From an uncultured Planctomycetia bacterium (GTDB lineage: Bacteria > Omnitrophota > Gorgyraeia > Tantalellales > Tantalellaceae), in the NCBI GenBank assembly GCA_964527765.1, contig CAZGQR010000002.1, forward strand, positions 135,701 to 199,700: a stretch of 64,000 bases of DNA, read 5' to 3'. The notes under the pieces were generated by a model. The model searched no databases. It saw only the letters and a program-made list of their open reading frames with translations, and was not told the DNA's origin. The number at the start of each line of letters is the position of its first letter. The stretch's first letter is position 1. Shown one piece after another: positions 18,601 through 27,042 of the stretch. The translations under genes were made by a program, and so were the position numbers.

Positions 18601-19960
18601 TGTCCACGACTTTGTCCTGGAATGCATGGTCGCCGCCGTTAAAAACGCCGGTTACGTACCGTCGACTTCCGGGGAGATCGGGACCGTGGCTATTGCCCTG
18701 GACCCGGCTACCAGTTCCATGGTGGTCGAAGGACACAAGGACCTTTATCATTATGAAGGTGCGCAGATCGGCTCAAAAGATCTGGCCGGCATATTCGAAA
18801 GATGGGTTGCAAGATACCCCATAACTTCCATCGAGGACGGCATGGGTGAAAATGACTGGGACGGCTGGATGCGCCTTGTCGATAAAGTCGGCGACAAAGT
18901 CCTGTTGATCGGCGATGACAGTCTTGTGACCCAGGCGGCCCGCTTGACAAAGTTCATCGAGCTGCTCAGGGAGAAAGGGTATGTTGATAAAAAGACCGGT
19001 AAGGTTACCAGGAAGATCGGCATCCTGATCAAATTGAACCAGAATGGTTTTCTGATCACCGGCATAAATGATCCCGGTAAAGGTTACTTGGGAACTTTAG
19101 AGGTTATTCGCCTGGCGAAACGCCATGGGATCGAGGTTGTAGTATCTCATCGATCCAAGGAAGCGGAACCCGGGGAAAGGGAAGTCTCTATCGCTGAGCT
19201 TGCGGCCGGGGTGGATGCCTATGCCCTGAAGTCCGGCGATCATGTTCAGGGGATCCGAGCTGTCAAAGAGGACAGACTGGCCGAGATCGACAGGAGAGAA
19301 CGGGAACTTTTCGTGAAAAAGGTAATGGATAACGCCGAGACCGTGATACCCGGTCTTGTGGATGCGTTGATAACCGCTTCGGAAAAAGATAAAAAGGTCG
19401 TTCTGGCATTCGATACCGACCTTGGGGGAGGGCGGATGAACGTTCTGCTCGGAGAACTGATCGAGGCCATCTCCGGGCTTAAGGATAATAATGAAGATCT
19501 GAAGAGGTTCTTGGCCAATCTGTATATGATCAAAGGCAAAGGTAAGGATCTTGGTTCGAGGCTGGGCAATATAACCGATCCTTCCAAAGGTTCCGTGAAG
19601 AAAGAGAACGTTATAGTCGTAGCCAAGGGCTCAAATGAGGAATATTTCAAAAGCCTTAAAGGCACAGCTACCATGGCTATTGTCGACGACAGCGCGTTCC
19701 CGGAAACAGCTCACTTACCCTTGCTGGATGTTATGCTTCTGGCGGTCGGCAGTTATCTTGGGTGGAGCGAGAACAGACTGTATGAGATTTACAGCAGCAT
19801 TCCGGACGTTGAGTCTCTCAGTCTTGAGGAATATGTTAAATTGTGCAAGAAAGATCAAAGATCCCTGATAATAAAACTTGTGCCCAATGCCGTGCAGCTT
19901 GAGACAGAAAAGCGCAGGGAGATAATAGACGCAATAAAAGATATGCTTGCCAAGGCATAG
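15608..19960 (+). CDS. 1450-aa secreted/periplasmic (signal peptide) protein: N-terminal unknown region / 47-aa module / about 15 PBS-lyase-type HEAT repeats / second copy of the 47-aa module / complete enolase-like domain / shared C-terminal domain
   Basis: AAGGAGG RBS 8 nt upstream of the ATG; N-terminal [28 protein letters not shown] signal-like sequence; HEAT units [27 protein letters not shown]; enolase motifs (see the domain feature below). Confidence 0.85.
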   Translation: MSGLRKNLVRSIVFITVISMVWQGVVWADPGVIQPDRLQVRTLFSLPDMEERVSPLVSGYVVKRLAEFERDLTKQHPSRIEDAAKELIVQIKKDADIPEDLLKIAASSAKGELVVILGSHAVRYYNHRREDTQDPGPGRKVIKDMKIGGYFSRQILEVSGKEYFSGGAEVYWSEWEVVNSNTLRARGRKGIIAKRGPDGKFDIMSGGLPVDPVDKEVEDHIQALKDKNKNVRIAAIGNLGKIGDEKAVQPLIKVLRSADWTVRGAAAVALGKIGDERAVLPLIQALKDTTAYVRSAAAEALGKIGDKKAVEPLIQVALKDQEKRVRGTAAEALGAINDESAVQSLILASKDEDLHICEAATKALGKMGEPSVELLVQALKDRDERVRKTAAEALGEINDERAVPHLVRALKDTEWIVRGNAAIALGEIGDENAVPLLIRTLRDEDSYVRFTAVHALGQISDERAVKPLIRALEDEDLDVREAAAEALGKIGKPAIELLIQALTKDESKSVRAGAAEALGKIGDKSTVRFLAQALIKDENERVREAAAKALGEVGDKEVAGLLVQVLIKNDEDPDVRKAAVEALGRIGDEKAVLSLIRIFNDKSMVGYIGRVPEAIIRSLGEIGGEKAAEFLIQLLKDEDYSARIIAAEALGKIGDDKATQVLTRTSKQDKDMYVRRAAAEALKAIRNKAAAAVEYFSSGAEVNWSEWEAVDSNTLRAKGQKGIIAKRGLDGKFDIMSGGLFADITASDNEPENNELNIAKIVPSETTCLGKPTVRLDVELLGGAKGHFVVPAGTSTGEDEARTVGVEKAVKNLAGIHTEVTDRGLKADQLTDIARVMLEMGKDKLGAEATLSYQMASAWAAARQRGFEPYEFIREIAPDIASRSVPKTKIQYNITNGGEHAENDLNMQEFMVVPVGRSTAEANRMCDEIDRQLGLIYRSLGLSADPDDKGVGEKRGKEGGYKIADLTSERLKEIYANPPEKSFEYLNVAELKKRGNIGVHDFVLECMVAAVKNAGYVPSTSGEIGTVAIALDPATSSMVVEGHKDLYHYEGAQIGSKDLAGIFERWVARYPITSIEDGMGENDWDGWMRLVDKVGDKVLLIGDDSLVTQAARLTKFIELLREKGYVDKKTGKVTRKIGILIKLNQNGFLITGINDPGKGYLGTLEVIRLAKRHGIEVVVSHRSKEAEPGEREVSIAELAAGVDAYALKSGDHVQGIRAVKEDRLAEIDRRERELFVKKVMDNAETVIPGLVDALITASEKDKKVVLAFDTDLGGGRMNVLLGELIEAISGLKDNNEDLKRFLANLYMIKGKGKDLGSRLGNITDPSKGSVKKENVIVVAKGSNEEYFKSLKGTATMAIVDDSAFPETAHLPLLDVMLLAVGSYLGWSENRLYEIYSSIPDVESLSLEEYVKLCKKDQRSLIIKLVPNAVQLETEKRREIIDAIKDMLAKA
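16091..16240 (+). repeat. Copy 1 of a ~150-bp intragenic direct repeat (about 90% nt identity to 17686-17835) encoding [47 protein letters not shown]
   Basis: Compared by eye with copy 2; long identical runs, e.g. gggcataatcgcgaaacgcggcc and gacgggaaattcgatataatgagcggcgggct. Confidence 0.8.
16255..17680 (+). repeat. HEAT repeat array (PBS lyase / HEAT_2 type, about 15 units of 31 aa) within the 1450-aa protein
   Basis: [73 protein letters not shown] and further units with a 93-nt period. Confidence 0.85.
17686..17835 (+). repeat. Copy 2 of the ~150-bp intragenic direct repeat ([47 protein letters not shown])
   Basis: See copy 1. The two copies bracket the HEAT array. Confidence 0.8.
17870..19200 (+). 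other. Enolase-like domain (full-length, ~440 aa) embedded in the 1450-aa protein; catalytic and metal-binding residues appear conserved
   Basis: Colinear with enolase: [12 protein letters not shown] (cf. PSGASTGxxEA), [23 protein letters not shown] (cf. INGGxHAxNxxDxQEFMI), [10 protein letters not shown] (cf. GDEGG), AIALDPATS (cf. AMDxAASE), [17 protein letters not shown] (cf. PIVSIEDxxxExDWxG), [10 protein letters not shown] (cf. LVGDDLxVT), ILIKLNQNG (cf. ILIKxNQIG), [13 protein letters not shown] (cf. ISHRSGETED, with an insertion), ALKSGD (cf. IKTG). Confidence 0.8.
19340..19957 (+). other. C-terminal ~205-aa domain of the 1450-aa protein, homologous to the giant-ORF C-terminus
   Basis: [112 protein letters not shown]. 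Confidence 0.8.
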
Positions 19961-19970
19961 GTTCGTACAG

Positions 19971-20000
19971 TGCATGACGCATGCAGGTTTAAACCCGCAT
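19971..20000. terminator. Possible bidirectional terminator hairpins between the convergent 1450-aa gene and the chorismate-utilising enzyme gene
   Basis: tgcatg-acg-catgca (perfect 6-bp stem) overlapping atgcaggttt/aaacccgcat (imperfect palindrome centred on gtttaaac) in a 44-nt convergent intergenic gap; no T-run. Confidence 0.3.
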
Positions 20001-20004
20001 TCGC

Positions 20005-21417
20005 TTATAGCTTACAGCTTTCTATAAGTGCCCGCGCTTTATCCAATGTTTCCCTGTATTCCGCTTCCGGGTCGGAGTCGGCGACGATGCCGCCCCCGGC
20101 CTGGAAATAGACATCCCGTCCTTTCATTATCATGGTGCGGATAGCGATATTCAGGTCCATGGTGCCGTGAAAACTGATATAACCTATCGAACCGGTATAG
20201 ACATTCCTTCTGGTCGGCTCCAGTTCGTCGATTATCTCCATGGCGCGTATCTTGGGGCACCCTGATATGGATCCCCCGGGAAACGCGGCTTTTATTATAT
20301 CGATAAGGCCCGTATCGCTGTTTATCCTCCCCTTTACCACGGATATGGTCTGGAACACCGTCGGGTAGGTCTCTATTCTCCTGTGCTCGGCGACTTTCAC
20401 GGAGCCCGGTATCGCTATCTTGCCGAGGTCGTTCCTTTCAAGGTCCACGATCATGGAGAGTTCCGCCCCGTCCTTGCCGCTTTTTCTCAAGGCGGCTTCA
20501 AAAGCGGAATCTTCTTCGGCATTGTTTCCGCGCGGCCGGGTGCCTTTCATCGGCCTGGTCTCGACGACGTCATCCCTGACCCTGAGAAAAAGTTCCGGGG
20601 AGGAAGAGATTATCCTGGACCGGCTGAAATTCAGATAAGCGCTGAAAGGGGACGGGTTTATCCTGTTCAATTTCAGGTAAAGCTCATAAGGGTGCAGCGG
20701 CCACCCGGTCCTGAATCTCTGCGACAGGCATGCCTGGTATATGTCGCCGGCGCGGATATAGTCTATGACCTTCCGTACGGATCTTGTATAACCCGCTTTC
20801 GAGAAATTCGACCTGAAGACGGGCTTAAAGGATCCCGCCGGCGGGGGCGTACCTGTTTTCAAAGGCGCGGACCTGACAGTCCCTTTTATTTTGTTCATGA
20901 GCCGGCCTGCTTTTTCATGCCCGCCGGAGCCGGTACCCAGTACGCTTATATATAATTGGCCGGGTTCAAGTTTGTCATGGATGAGCAGCGCCCGGTAGAA
21001 GGCGAAATATATATCGGGCAGGTTCAGGTCATCCTTTGATCTTTTCGGGAGTTTCTCGACGGCGTCCTTGAGGTCGTAGGATAAGTAACCGATCCCTCCT
21101 GCCGTGAAGGGCAGGGGAGCGGGGTTATCGGTCCTGTATGTCCTGATGATGGAGTCGAGACATTCAAAAGGGTTGCTCTTGACCGCGAGACTGTGGCCGT
21201 TGAACTTGAGCCGGAGGTCGTTATCCTTGCCGCTCAGGACAAGGAACGGTTCTATCCCGATAAATGAATACCTGCCCGCGTCGGTTTTCATGGAGCTGTT
21301 CAGAAGAGAGCTTTCCGGAAGATCAGCGAAGCGCATGAACAGTTCCTCCGGCGGACAGTTCAAGCTGATCTTTTCAATGACAGGCGCTCGGCTTATTTCG
21401 GGAAGATATCTTTCCAT
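20005..21417 (-). CDS. Chorismate-utilising enzyme, aminodeoxychorismate synthase / anthranilate synthase component I (PabB/TrpE family); PabB is favoured by the folate genes folC and folE in the window and the absence of trp genes
   Basis: C-terminal chorismate-binding motifs: RPMKGTRPRG, SISGCPKIRAMEIIDELE, RNVYTGSIGYISFHGTMDLNIAIRT, FQAGGGIVADSDPEAEYRET; overlaps the upstream GATase gene by 1 nt. Confidence 0.8.
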   Translation of the reverse strand: MERYLPEISRAPVIEKISLNCPPEELFMRFADLPESSLLNSSMKTDAGRYSFIGIEPFLVLSGKDNDLRLKFNGHSLAVKSNPFECLDSIIRTYRTDNPAPLPFTAGGIGYLSYDLKDAVEKLPKRSKDDLNLPDIYFAFYRALLIHDKLEPGQLYISVLGTGSGGHEKAGRLMNKIKGTVRSAPLKTGTPPPAGSFKPVFRSNFSKAGYTRSVRKVIDYIRAGDIYQACLSQRFRTGWPLHPYELYLKLNRINPSPFSAYLNFSRSRIISSSPELFLRVRDDVVETRPMKGTRPRGNNAEEDSAFEAALRKSGKDGAELSMIVDLERNDLGKIAIPGSVKVAEHRRIETYPTVFQTISVVKGRINSDTGLIDIIKAAFPGGSISGCPKIRAMEIIDELEPTRRNVYTGSIGYISFHGTMDLNIAIRTMIMKGRDVYFQAGGGIVADSDPEAEYRETLDKARALIESCKL

Positions 21418-21418
21418 G

Positions 21419-21976
21419 TTACATCTCTATGAAGTTCTTTATCAGCCTGTGGCCGTTCTCCGTAAGGAACGATTCGGGATGGAACTGCAGGCCCACCAGC
21501 GGCCATTCTTTATGCTCGAGGCCCATTATGACCTTGTCTTCGGTCCAGGCGGTGATCTCCAGGCAGGAAGGCACGTCACTTGCCCTGAGAGAATGATACC
21601 GCGCTCCCGAAAAAGGACTTGGAATACCCCTGAATATCTTCCCGCCGTTATGATAGATGGGGGAGGTTTTCCCGTGCACTATTTCGGAGACCCGCGAGAT
21701 CCTGCCCCCGAAAACGCCGGCGATGCACTGGTGCCCGAGGCAGATCCCCAGTATAGGCGTGCCGGGGCCGATTTTTTTTATGACCTCGTTCGATATACCG
21801 GCGTCGGCCGGCGTCCTGGGCCCCGGCGAGATAATGATCTTATCCGGATTCAGCGACTCTATTTCGTCTATACCGATCTTGTCGTTCCTTTTTACCAGGA
21901 GTTTCACGCCATGCTCGGCAAAGATCTGGTAGAGGTTATAAGTGAAGGAGTCGTAGTTATCGATCAAGAGGTACAT
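21419..21976 (-). CDS. Glutamine amidotransferase class I, component II of ADC/anthranilate synthase (PabA/TrpG)
   Basis: MYLLIDNYDSFTYNLYQ.., catalytic GICLGHQ, ..HPES near the C-terminus. Confidence 0.85.
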   Translation of the reverse strand: MYLLIDNYDSFTYNLYQIFAEHGVKLLVKRNDKIGIDEIESLNPDKIIISPGPRTPADAGISNEVIKKIGPGTPILGICLGHQCIAGVFGGRISRVSEIVHGKTSPIYHNGGKIFRGIPSPFSGARYHSLRASDVPSCLEITAWTEDKVIMGLEHKEWPLVGLQFHPESFLTENGHRLIKNFIEM

Positions 21977-22811
21977 TTGGCAACTTTCTCAGCGATTTTA
22001 CAACTTCCCGGGTAATACGGTCCGGGGTGGATGCCCCGGCCATTATACCCACATTTCTGGCGTTTCTGAACCACGCCGGTTTCAGATCTAAAGCGCATTC
22101 TATCCAGTAAGTTCTTTTATTTATTTTCCTGGATATCTGGTAAAGTCTTTTGGTGTTGGCGCTTGTTCTTGATCCGATGATGAGGACCAGGTCGTTCTTC
22201 TCGGGGAGAGACTTGATCTCTTTCTGTTTTATTCTGGTTATCCGGCACGTCGTATTGTAGAGTTTCACCCGGGGTATGATCTTCTTCAGGCGTTCCATTA
22301 TTTCGTTTATGTTATCGATCGTCTGGGTCGATTGCGTTATTACCGCAGCTCTTTTTATGCGGGCCAGTTTCCTGACCGGGATATCGCGGGGGGATTCTAT
22401 GGTTATGGGCTTTTTCCTGAGCTGTCCGGCGATACCTTTTACTTCCTCGTGGTTGTTGTCCCCGATTATTATTATTTTGCTGTTTTTCTCCAGGCGCCTG
22501 GCGATCCTGTATATATCCTTGACCATCGGGCATGTCGCGTCCACTATCTTGTATCCGCATGCTTTGGCCTTACGGAAGGTCCTTTTCGGGGCGCCATGCG
22601 CCCTTATGATGAGAATGTTATCCTTACCCGGCTTTATCCTGCTGATCTTCCTGATGCCTTTTTCTTCAAGTTCCCGGACGACAAAATCGTTGTGTACTAT
22701 GTCGCCCAGTACGCAGGCAGTCTTTTCCTTGTCGGCCAGCTTTTTGCTTATCTCTATGGCCCGTTTTACGCCGAAGCAGAATCCTGAACTTTTTGCGACA
22801 TTTATTTTCAT
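21957..22811 (-). CDS. ispH: 4-hydroxy-3-methylbut-2-enyl diphosphate reductase (IspH/LytB)
   Basis: MKINVAKSSGFCFGVKRAIEI.., VLGDIVHN, ATCPMV, GASTPD. Confidence 0.85.
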   Translation of the reverse strand: MKINVAKSSGFCFGVKRAIEISKKLADKEKTACVLGDIVHNDFVVRELEEKGIRKISRIKPGKDNILIIRAHGAPKRTFRKAKACGYKIVDATCPMVKDIYRIARRLEKNSKIIIIGDNNHEEVKGIAGQLRKKPITIESPRDIPVRKLARIKRAAVITQSTQTIDNINEIMERLKKIIPRVKLYNTTCRITRIKQKEIKSLPEKNDLVLIIGSRTSANTKRLYQISRKINKRTYWIECALDLKPAWFRNARNVGIMAGASTPDRITREVVKSLRKLPNVPLDR

Positions 22812-23914
22812 TTTTGCAGTTTCAGTGAAGCTGTTTTTGAAAGCGACTCCCGGATCAGCCGTTTGAGGGAGGTTTTATATTCCCTTTTCATCCGCAGGCC
22901 GGCCAGGATCGTATCCGCTTCCCGGAGGAGGGCGTCCGTTTTTTTCAGACAATACCTGTCGGCCCCGGCTGTTTTTATCAGCTGCCGGAATTTTAGGAGA
23001 TCCTTGCGGGTTTTCTTATTCTTTTCCAGGAGGTGTTTAAGAAGTTTCCTGTCCTTTCCGGCAAGGTTTTTATATGTTTTCCATACGAGAAGGGTTTTTT
23101 TGGATTCCGCGAGGTCGGAAAGGACGGATTTCCCGATTCTTTTGCTTGTGGAAAACGCGTCAAGCAGGTCATCCTGCACCTGAAAAGCCAGGCCGAGGGC
23201 GATCCCCAGTCTGGATAGTTTCCTCAGCTCCTGTTTTCCCGCACCGGCCAGTATGGCGCCGGTAAGTAGCGGGCTCTCGAAAGTGTATTTTGCCGTTTTC
23301 AGGGTATAGGTGAGCAGGATCTCTTTTTCTGTGATCTTCTCGACCTTTTTCGTGTCATTCACGACGTCGCTAAATTCGCCTATTCCCGTGCGCGCGGCTG
23401 TTTTGCTGAATTCCAGGATCGCCTGTTCTTTCCGGGCGGGGTCTTCGTCAAGCGAGAGCAGGGCGCGTGTTGCCAGGGCGAATATCACGTCACCGGCGAC
23501 AATGCTCAGGCTGACGCCAAGATCATCTTTCGACGGGACCCCGAACCTCTTGTTGAACAGTCTGTGCAGCGTCGGTTTTCCGCGCCGCAGGACCGATTTG
23601 TCGATAATGTCATCATGCACGAGCAAAAAGCTGTGCAATAGCTCCAGGGAAAGGGAGCATCGAAGGAGGTCCTTATAAGAGGATTTCCCTCTTTTGGTGT
23701 AGCCCAGGTAGCTTATGGCCAGCAGCATGGGGCGCAGCCTTTTTCCCCCGCGCTCGACGAAATCCTTAATGCCGCTGTAGAGAAGCGGGGAACCCGCCTT
23801 CAGGCCAAGGTCGGTCGCTGCATCTTTCAGGAATGATCTCAGTTCCGCATCTATGTCTTTTTTCAGTTTTTTCAGCATGTTCATTACTTTAACACAACTG
23901 TAATCCGGCGGCAA
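22808..23914 (-). CDS. Polyprenyl diphosphate synthase (IspB/GGPPS family; chain length not determinable). The true start may be the internal Met at ~23884 (MNMLKKL).
   Basis: First DDxxD motif LLVHDDIIDKS..RRGKPT, second FQVQDDLLD; overlaps ispH by 4 nt. Confidence 0.8.
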   Translation of the reverse strand: MPPDYSCVKVMNMLKKLKKDIDAELRSFLKDAATDLGLKAGSPLLYSGIKDFVERGGKRLRPMLLAISYLGYTKRGKSSYKDLLRCSLSLELLHSFLLVHDDIIDKSVLRRGKPTLHRLFNKRFGVPSKDDLGVSLSIVAGDVIFALATRALLSLDEDPARKEQAILEFSKTAARTGIGEFSDVVNDTKKVEKITEKEILLTYTLKTAKYTFESPLLTGAILAGAGKQELRKLSRLGIALGLAFQVQDDLLDAFSTSKRIGKSVLSDLAESKKTLLVWKTYKNLAGKDRKLLKHLLEKNKKTRKDLLKFRQLIKTAGADRYCLKKTDALLREADTILAGLRMKREYKTSLKRLIRESLSKTASLKLQK

Positions 23915-24003
23915 TAGATAAAATCGACCGTGTCGTTACGAATGAAATTTCTTGAAACAAAAGTAGTTATGTGCTATTTTCGTTAAGGAACAGGAGAGAT
24001 ATC

Positions 24004-25428
24004 ATGCCGAAAATAAAGACGGAGATCCCCGAACAGTACCGCGGCGAGTTCCTGAAGCAGCAGATCGGATTTATTAAGGGCAGAGTGTATCTTTTCTGTG
24101 TATTGACCATAGCTATTTATTTTTCGGCATCAGTGGCGGGTATAATAATAAATCCGCGCGCGTTCAAGCTCCTTGAACTTTCCATCGGCCTGGCTCTTGC
24201 GGCAGGCGCTGTTATCATCGTTTATGTCAACTACAGGGTCAGGACCCTCCGCGCCACAAAGGCCAATGCCTATTTATTTACCGCGCTTCTCCTGGCGCTC
24301 TTGACAAAACTGGGCATCGGTTATGCCGATATCCCGCTGGTCAGCGCTTCGCTCTTTGTCTTCAGTCTTTTTCTCGTGGCCATGACCATACCCTGGACGC
24401 CTTTCGAAGTGACCCCTATATGGGCCATGCACGTGATCGCCTTCACGGTTTCTTTTCTTGGTGTCAAGTATTTGCCGGAAGTGGTCGGGGAGGATTTCAG
24501 TCTGAGGGAATATCTTGACGGGATCCTGTTCCTGACGATGGCTTTCTGTCTATGCCTGGTGGTGCGGAGAAAGGAGACCGCCAGGGATATCGAGAACTTC
24601 GTGCTCCTCAAGGAGGTCGAGGACAAGAACGCTCAGATGAACAGGGAGCTCGAGTGGGCCACGCGCATCCATAAGACCATCATTCCTGATTCCACCAGTA
24701 CCGATAAAGTCGATATCGCGGTAGATTATCTTCCGGTATATTATATCGGGGGAGATTATGTGAAGTTCGACTTCCAGGACCACGACAGGCTGGTCTTTAT
24801 TATAAGCGATATCACCGGTCACGGAGTGCCGGCGGCCCTGCTCGTGAACAGGATGCATACGGAGTTTGAACGGCTTGCGAAAGAGAATAAAGAACCGGGG
24901 CTTCTGCTCAAGGAACTCAATGAGTTCATCAAGAGGGATTTCGAGGGGTCCGACATGTATCTCAGCGCTTTTTGCGGGCTTCTGGACCTTAAAAGAGCGC
25001 AGCTTTTATATTCCAATTACGGTCATCCGCCGCAGTACGTTTACAGCGAGAAAGAAGGCCGCATACACCGGCTTTCCGCCCAGACAAGCCTGCTGGGGAT
25101 ACCCGTGGATGATGAGAACGTCTATCAGGACGATATGAGGATCGGCGAAAAGGACAGGGTGCTGCTTTTCACCGACGGCATCATCGAGGCTGTCGGCCGC
25201 GGAGGGGAAGAGTACGGGAGCGAAAGGCTGGAGGATTTTTTGAGGAAACACCATGACCTGCCGCCTGAAGAGTTCAATGCGAACCTGCTGAAGGAACTGA
25301 ATGCGTTCAAGGATGAAAGTTTCAGGGACGATATATGCATCATGAGCATAGGCATAAAGCCTCACCCGTCGCTTTTTGAACTCGGCAGCCAGATCTTCAA
25401 ATATCAGCATAAGGAAGCCGAGGCTTGA
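24004..25428 (+). CDS. Membrane-anchored PP2C-family (SpoIIE/RsbU-like) serine phosphatase with an N-terminal polytopic membrane domain
   Basis: GGAACAGGAGAG RBS before ATG 24004 (the ORF track starts earlier at 23971); about 6 hydrophobic helices followed by GGDYVKFDF..FIISDITGHGVPAALL..LFTDGIIEA.., a SpoIIE phosphatase signature. Confidence 0.75.
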   Translation: MPKIKTEIPEQYRGEFLKQQIGFIKGRVYLFCVLTIAIYFSASVAGIIINPRAFKLLELSIGLALAAGAVIIVYVNYRVRTLRATKANAYLFTALLLALLTKLGIGYADIPLVSASLFVFSLFLVAMTIPWTPFEVTPIWAMHVIAFTVSFLGVKYLPEVVGEDFSLREYLDGILFLTMAFCLCLVVRRKETARDIENFVLLKEVEDKNAQMNRELEWATRIHKTIIPDSTSTDKVDIAVDYLPVYYIGGDYVKFDFQDHDRLVFIISDITGHGVPAALLVNRMHTEFERLAKENKEPGLLLKELNEFIKRDFEGSDMYLSAFCGLLDLKRAQLLYSNYGHPPQYVYSEKEGRIHRLSAQTSLLGIPVDDENVYQDDMRIGEKDRVLLFTDGIIEAVGRGGEEYGSERLEDFLRKHHDLPPEEFNANLLKELNAFKDESFRDDICIMSIGIKPHPSLFELGSQIFKYQHKEAEA

Positions 25429-25480
25429 CCCGGTCGTCGGATAGAACAGTATGAACTGTGAACTGAAAAGGAGATAGACA

Positions 25481-25792
25481 ATGAAACCTCGAAAGAAATT
25501 CCGCTCTCGCCCGAAAAAAAGCGGCGCTAAGAAAAGACAGAAGATCTTAGCCCAAAAGCGAAGATTAACGGCAGCCGGATACGACAAGGATCTTCTCGAT
25601 AAGATGACGATCATCGAGATCAGGGAGCTCCTGAAGAAAGCGGCAAGAAAGAAAGTCCAGGCCCCGCGGAAAGCCCGCAAAGCAAGACCCAAAAAAATCC
25701 GCAAAACAAGACCGAAAGTAAAACCGAAAGCAAGGCCAAAAGCCGGCGCGAAAGAAAAGGTAAAGCCGAAGACAGGATCAAAAAAGAGCTGA
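25481..25792 (+). CDS. Small highly basic Lys/Arg/Pro-rich protein with a SAP/HeH-like motif and a histone-H1-like tail (putative nucleoid-associated protein)
   Basis: Strong AAGGAG RBS; DLLDKMTIIEIRELLKKA (SAP/Rho-N-like helix-extended-helix) followed by KKVQAPRKARKARPKKIRKTRPKVKPKARPKAGAKEKVKPK. Confidence 0.6.
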   Translation: MKPRKKFRSRPKKSGAKKRQKILAQKRRLTAAGYDKDLLDKMTIIEIRELLKKAARKKVQAPRKARKARPKKIRKTRPKVKPKARPKAGAKEKVKPKTGSKKS

Positions 25793-25794
25793 GC

Positions 25795-27042
25795 CTACCT
25801 TAATTTGGCGTAGAACGAAAGGTTTTTTTCGGCTATTTTTGTCCAGCAGAATTCTTTCCTGGCCAGCTTAAAGCCGTTTTTCGCGATCTTTCTTCTGAAG
25901 GTGTAATTTTGGTTGAGCACGTGAAACGCCCAGCTCAGGTCTTTTTTGTTGAAAGGATTGACGATCAGGCAGTCGTGTTTGTTCTTAAGATATTTCCTGA
26001 TCCCCGCGCGGCTGCTGATTATTGCAGGCGTCCCGCAGGCCAGGGCCTCGGCGGCCGTCATGCCGAAGGGTTCGAATTTTGAGGGAAGTACGAAGAACTT
26101 GGCCCTGCGGTAGTAAGAGGGCATAAGTTTGTCCTTTATATGTTTTGTGAAAAACACCCTGTTCTTGATCTGCGACGAAACGATTATCTTCTGAAGGTCC
26201 TTTTTTAGTTTCTTTTCCTTGGGAATGGGGTTCTTGGAGCCGCCCCCTATGACAAGGAACAGGTCTTTTTCCTTTCTGACTATTTCCGCGAATGCCCGAA
26301 GGAGATAGTCGAGCCCCTTGTTGGTGTCGAACCTTCCGGTCCAGAACGCGTAGTTCTGCGGAACATCGACCCTTTTTTCCCTTTCTCTTTTTTTAAGAGG
26401 GCGGAATATTTCCGTATTCACGCCCGCCGGGATCACGATGTAGTTCTTGCCCCTGTAATTGTAGAATTTTCTGGAACGTTTTATCATCTCCGAGCTTGTC
26501 ATGACCAGGGCACGGACTTTCCTGAAGATCATTCTTTCGCGTTTGATCCTTTCCTTGAACCTGTAAAGTTTTTCCATCTCACCGGGTTTTCCGCCCATCT
26601 GTTCCTTTTTCCATGCTCCGAGAGAGTGGAAAGTGTGGACAAAAAAGCCGTTAAGGCGTTCGGTGAGCTTCATCGCGACGTATCCGGCGTCCCAGTAATG
26701 TGAGTGGAAGATGTCGTATTCCAGCCCTTCTTTTTTGATGAAACGTTCCATGTTCCTGGCGAACGTGTTCAGGCAGGGGAAGATCTTCTCTTTCGGGATG
26801 AATTTATTCCCGCCGCAGGGGATCCTTATGATCCGCACGTTCCTGCACACCCGCTCCATGGTTTTTCTGTTCTGGAACCTGCGCGTGTATATATCGACTT
26901 TTATCCCTTTTTTTGCGAGCGCCTTGGAAAGTTCCAGGACGTAAGTCACCTGTCCGCCGGTATCCGTTTTTCCCAAAATGGGCTTTGGATCAACATAACC
27001 ATGCGTGCTGAGCATGCAGATACTTTTTATATCCTTCTTCAT
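25795..27042 (-). CDS. GT4 glycosyltransferase with a sucrose-phosphate-synthase-like N-terminal domain (SPS-like sugar-phosphate synthase; acceptor unknown)
   Basis: CMLSTHGYVDPKPILGKTDTGGQVTYVLELSKALAKKG (cf. SPS GxDTGGQVxYvxEL); C-terminal GT-B half with E..E features (FEPFGMTAAEALACGTP). Confidence 0.7.
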   Translation of the reverse strand: MKKDIKSICMLSTHGYVDPKPILGKTDTGGQVTYVLELSKALAKKGIKVDIYTRRFQNRKTMERVCRNVRIIRIPCGGNKFIPKEKIFPCLNTFARNMERFIKKEGLEYDIFHSHYWDAGYVAMKLTERLNGFFVHTFHSLGAWKKEQMGGKPGEMEKLYRFKERIKRERMIFRKVRALVMTSSEMIKRSRKFYNYRGKNYIVIPAGVNTEIFRPLKKREREKRVDVPQNYAFWTGRFDTNKGLDYLLRAFAEIVRKEKDLFLVIGGGSKNPIPKEKKLKKDLQKIIVSSQIKNRVFFTKHIKDKLMPSYYRRAKFFVLPSKFEPFGMTAAEALACGTPAIISSRAGIRKYLKNKHDCLIVNPFNKKDLSWAFHVLNQNYTFRRKIAKNGFKLARKEFCWTKIAEKNLSFYAKLR

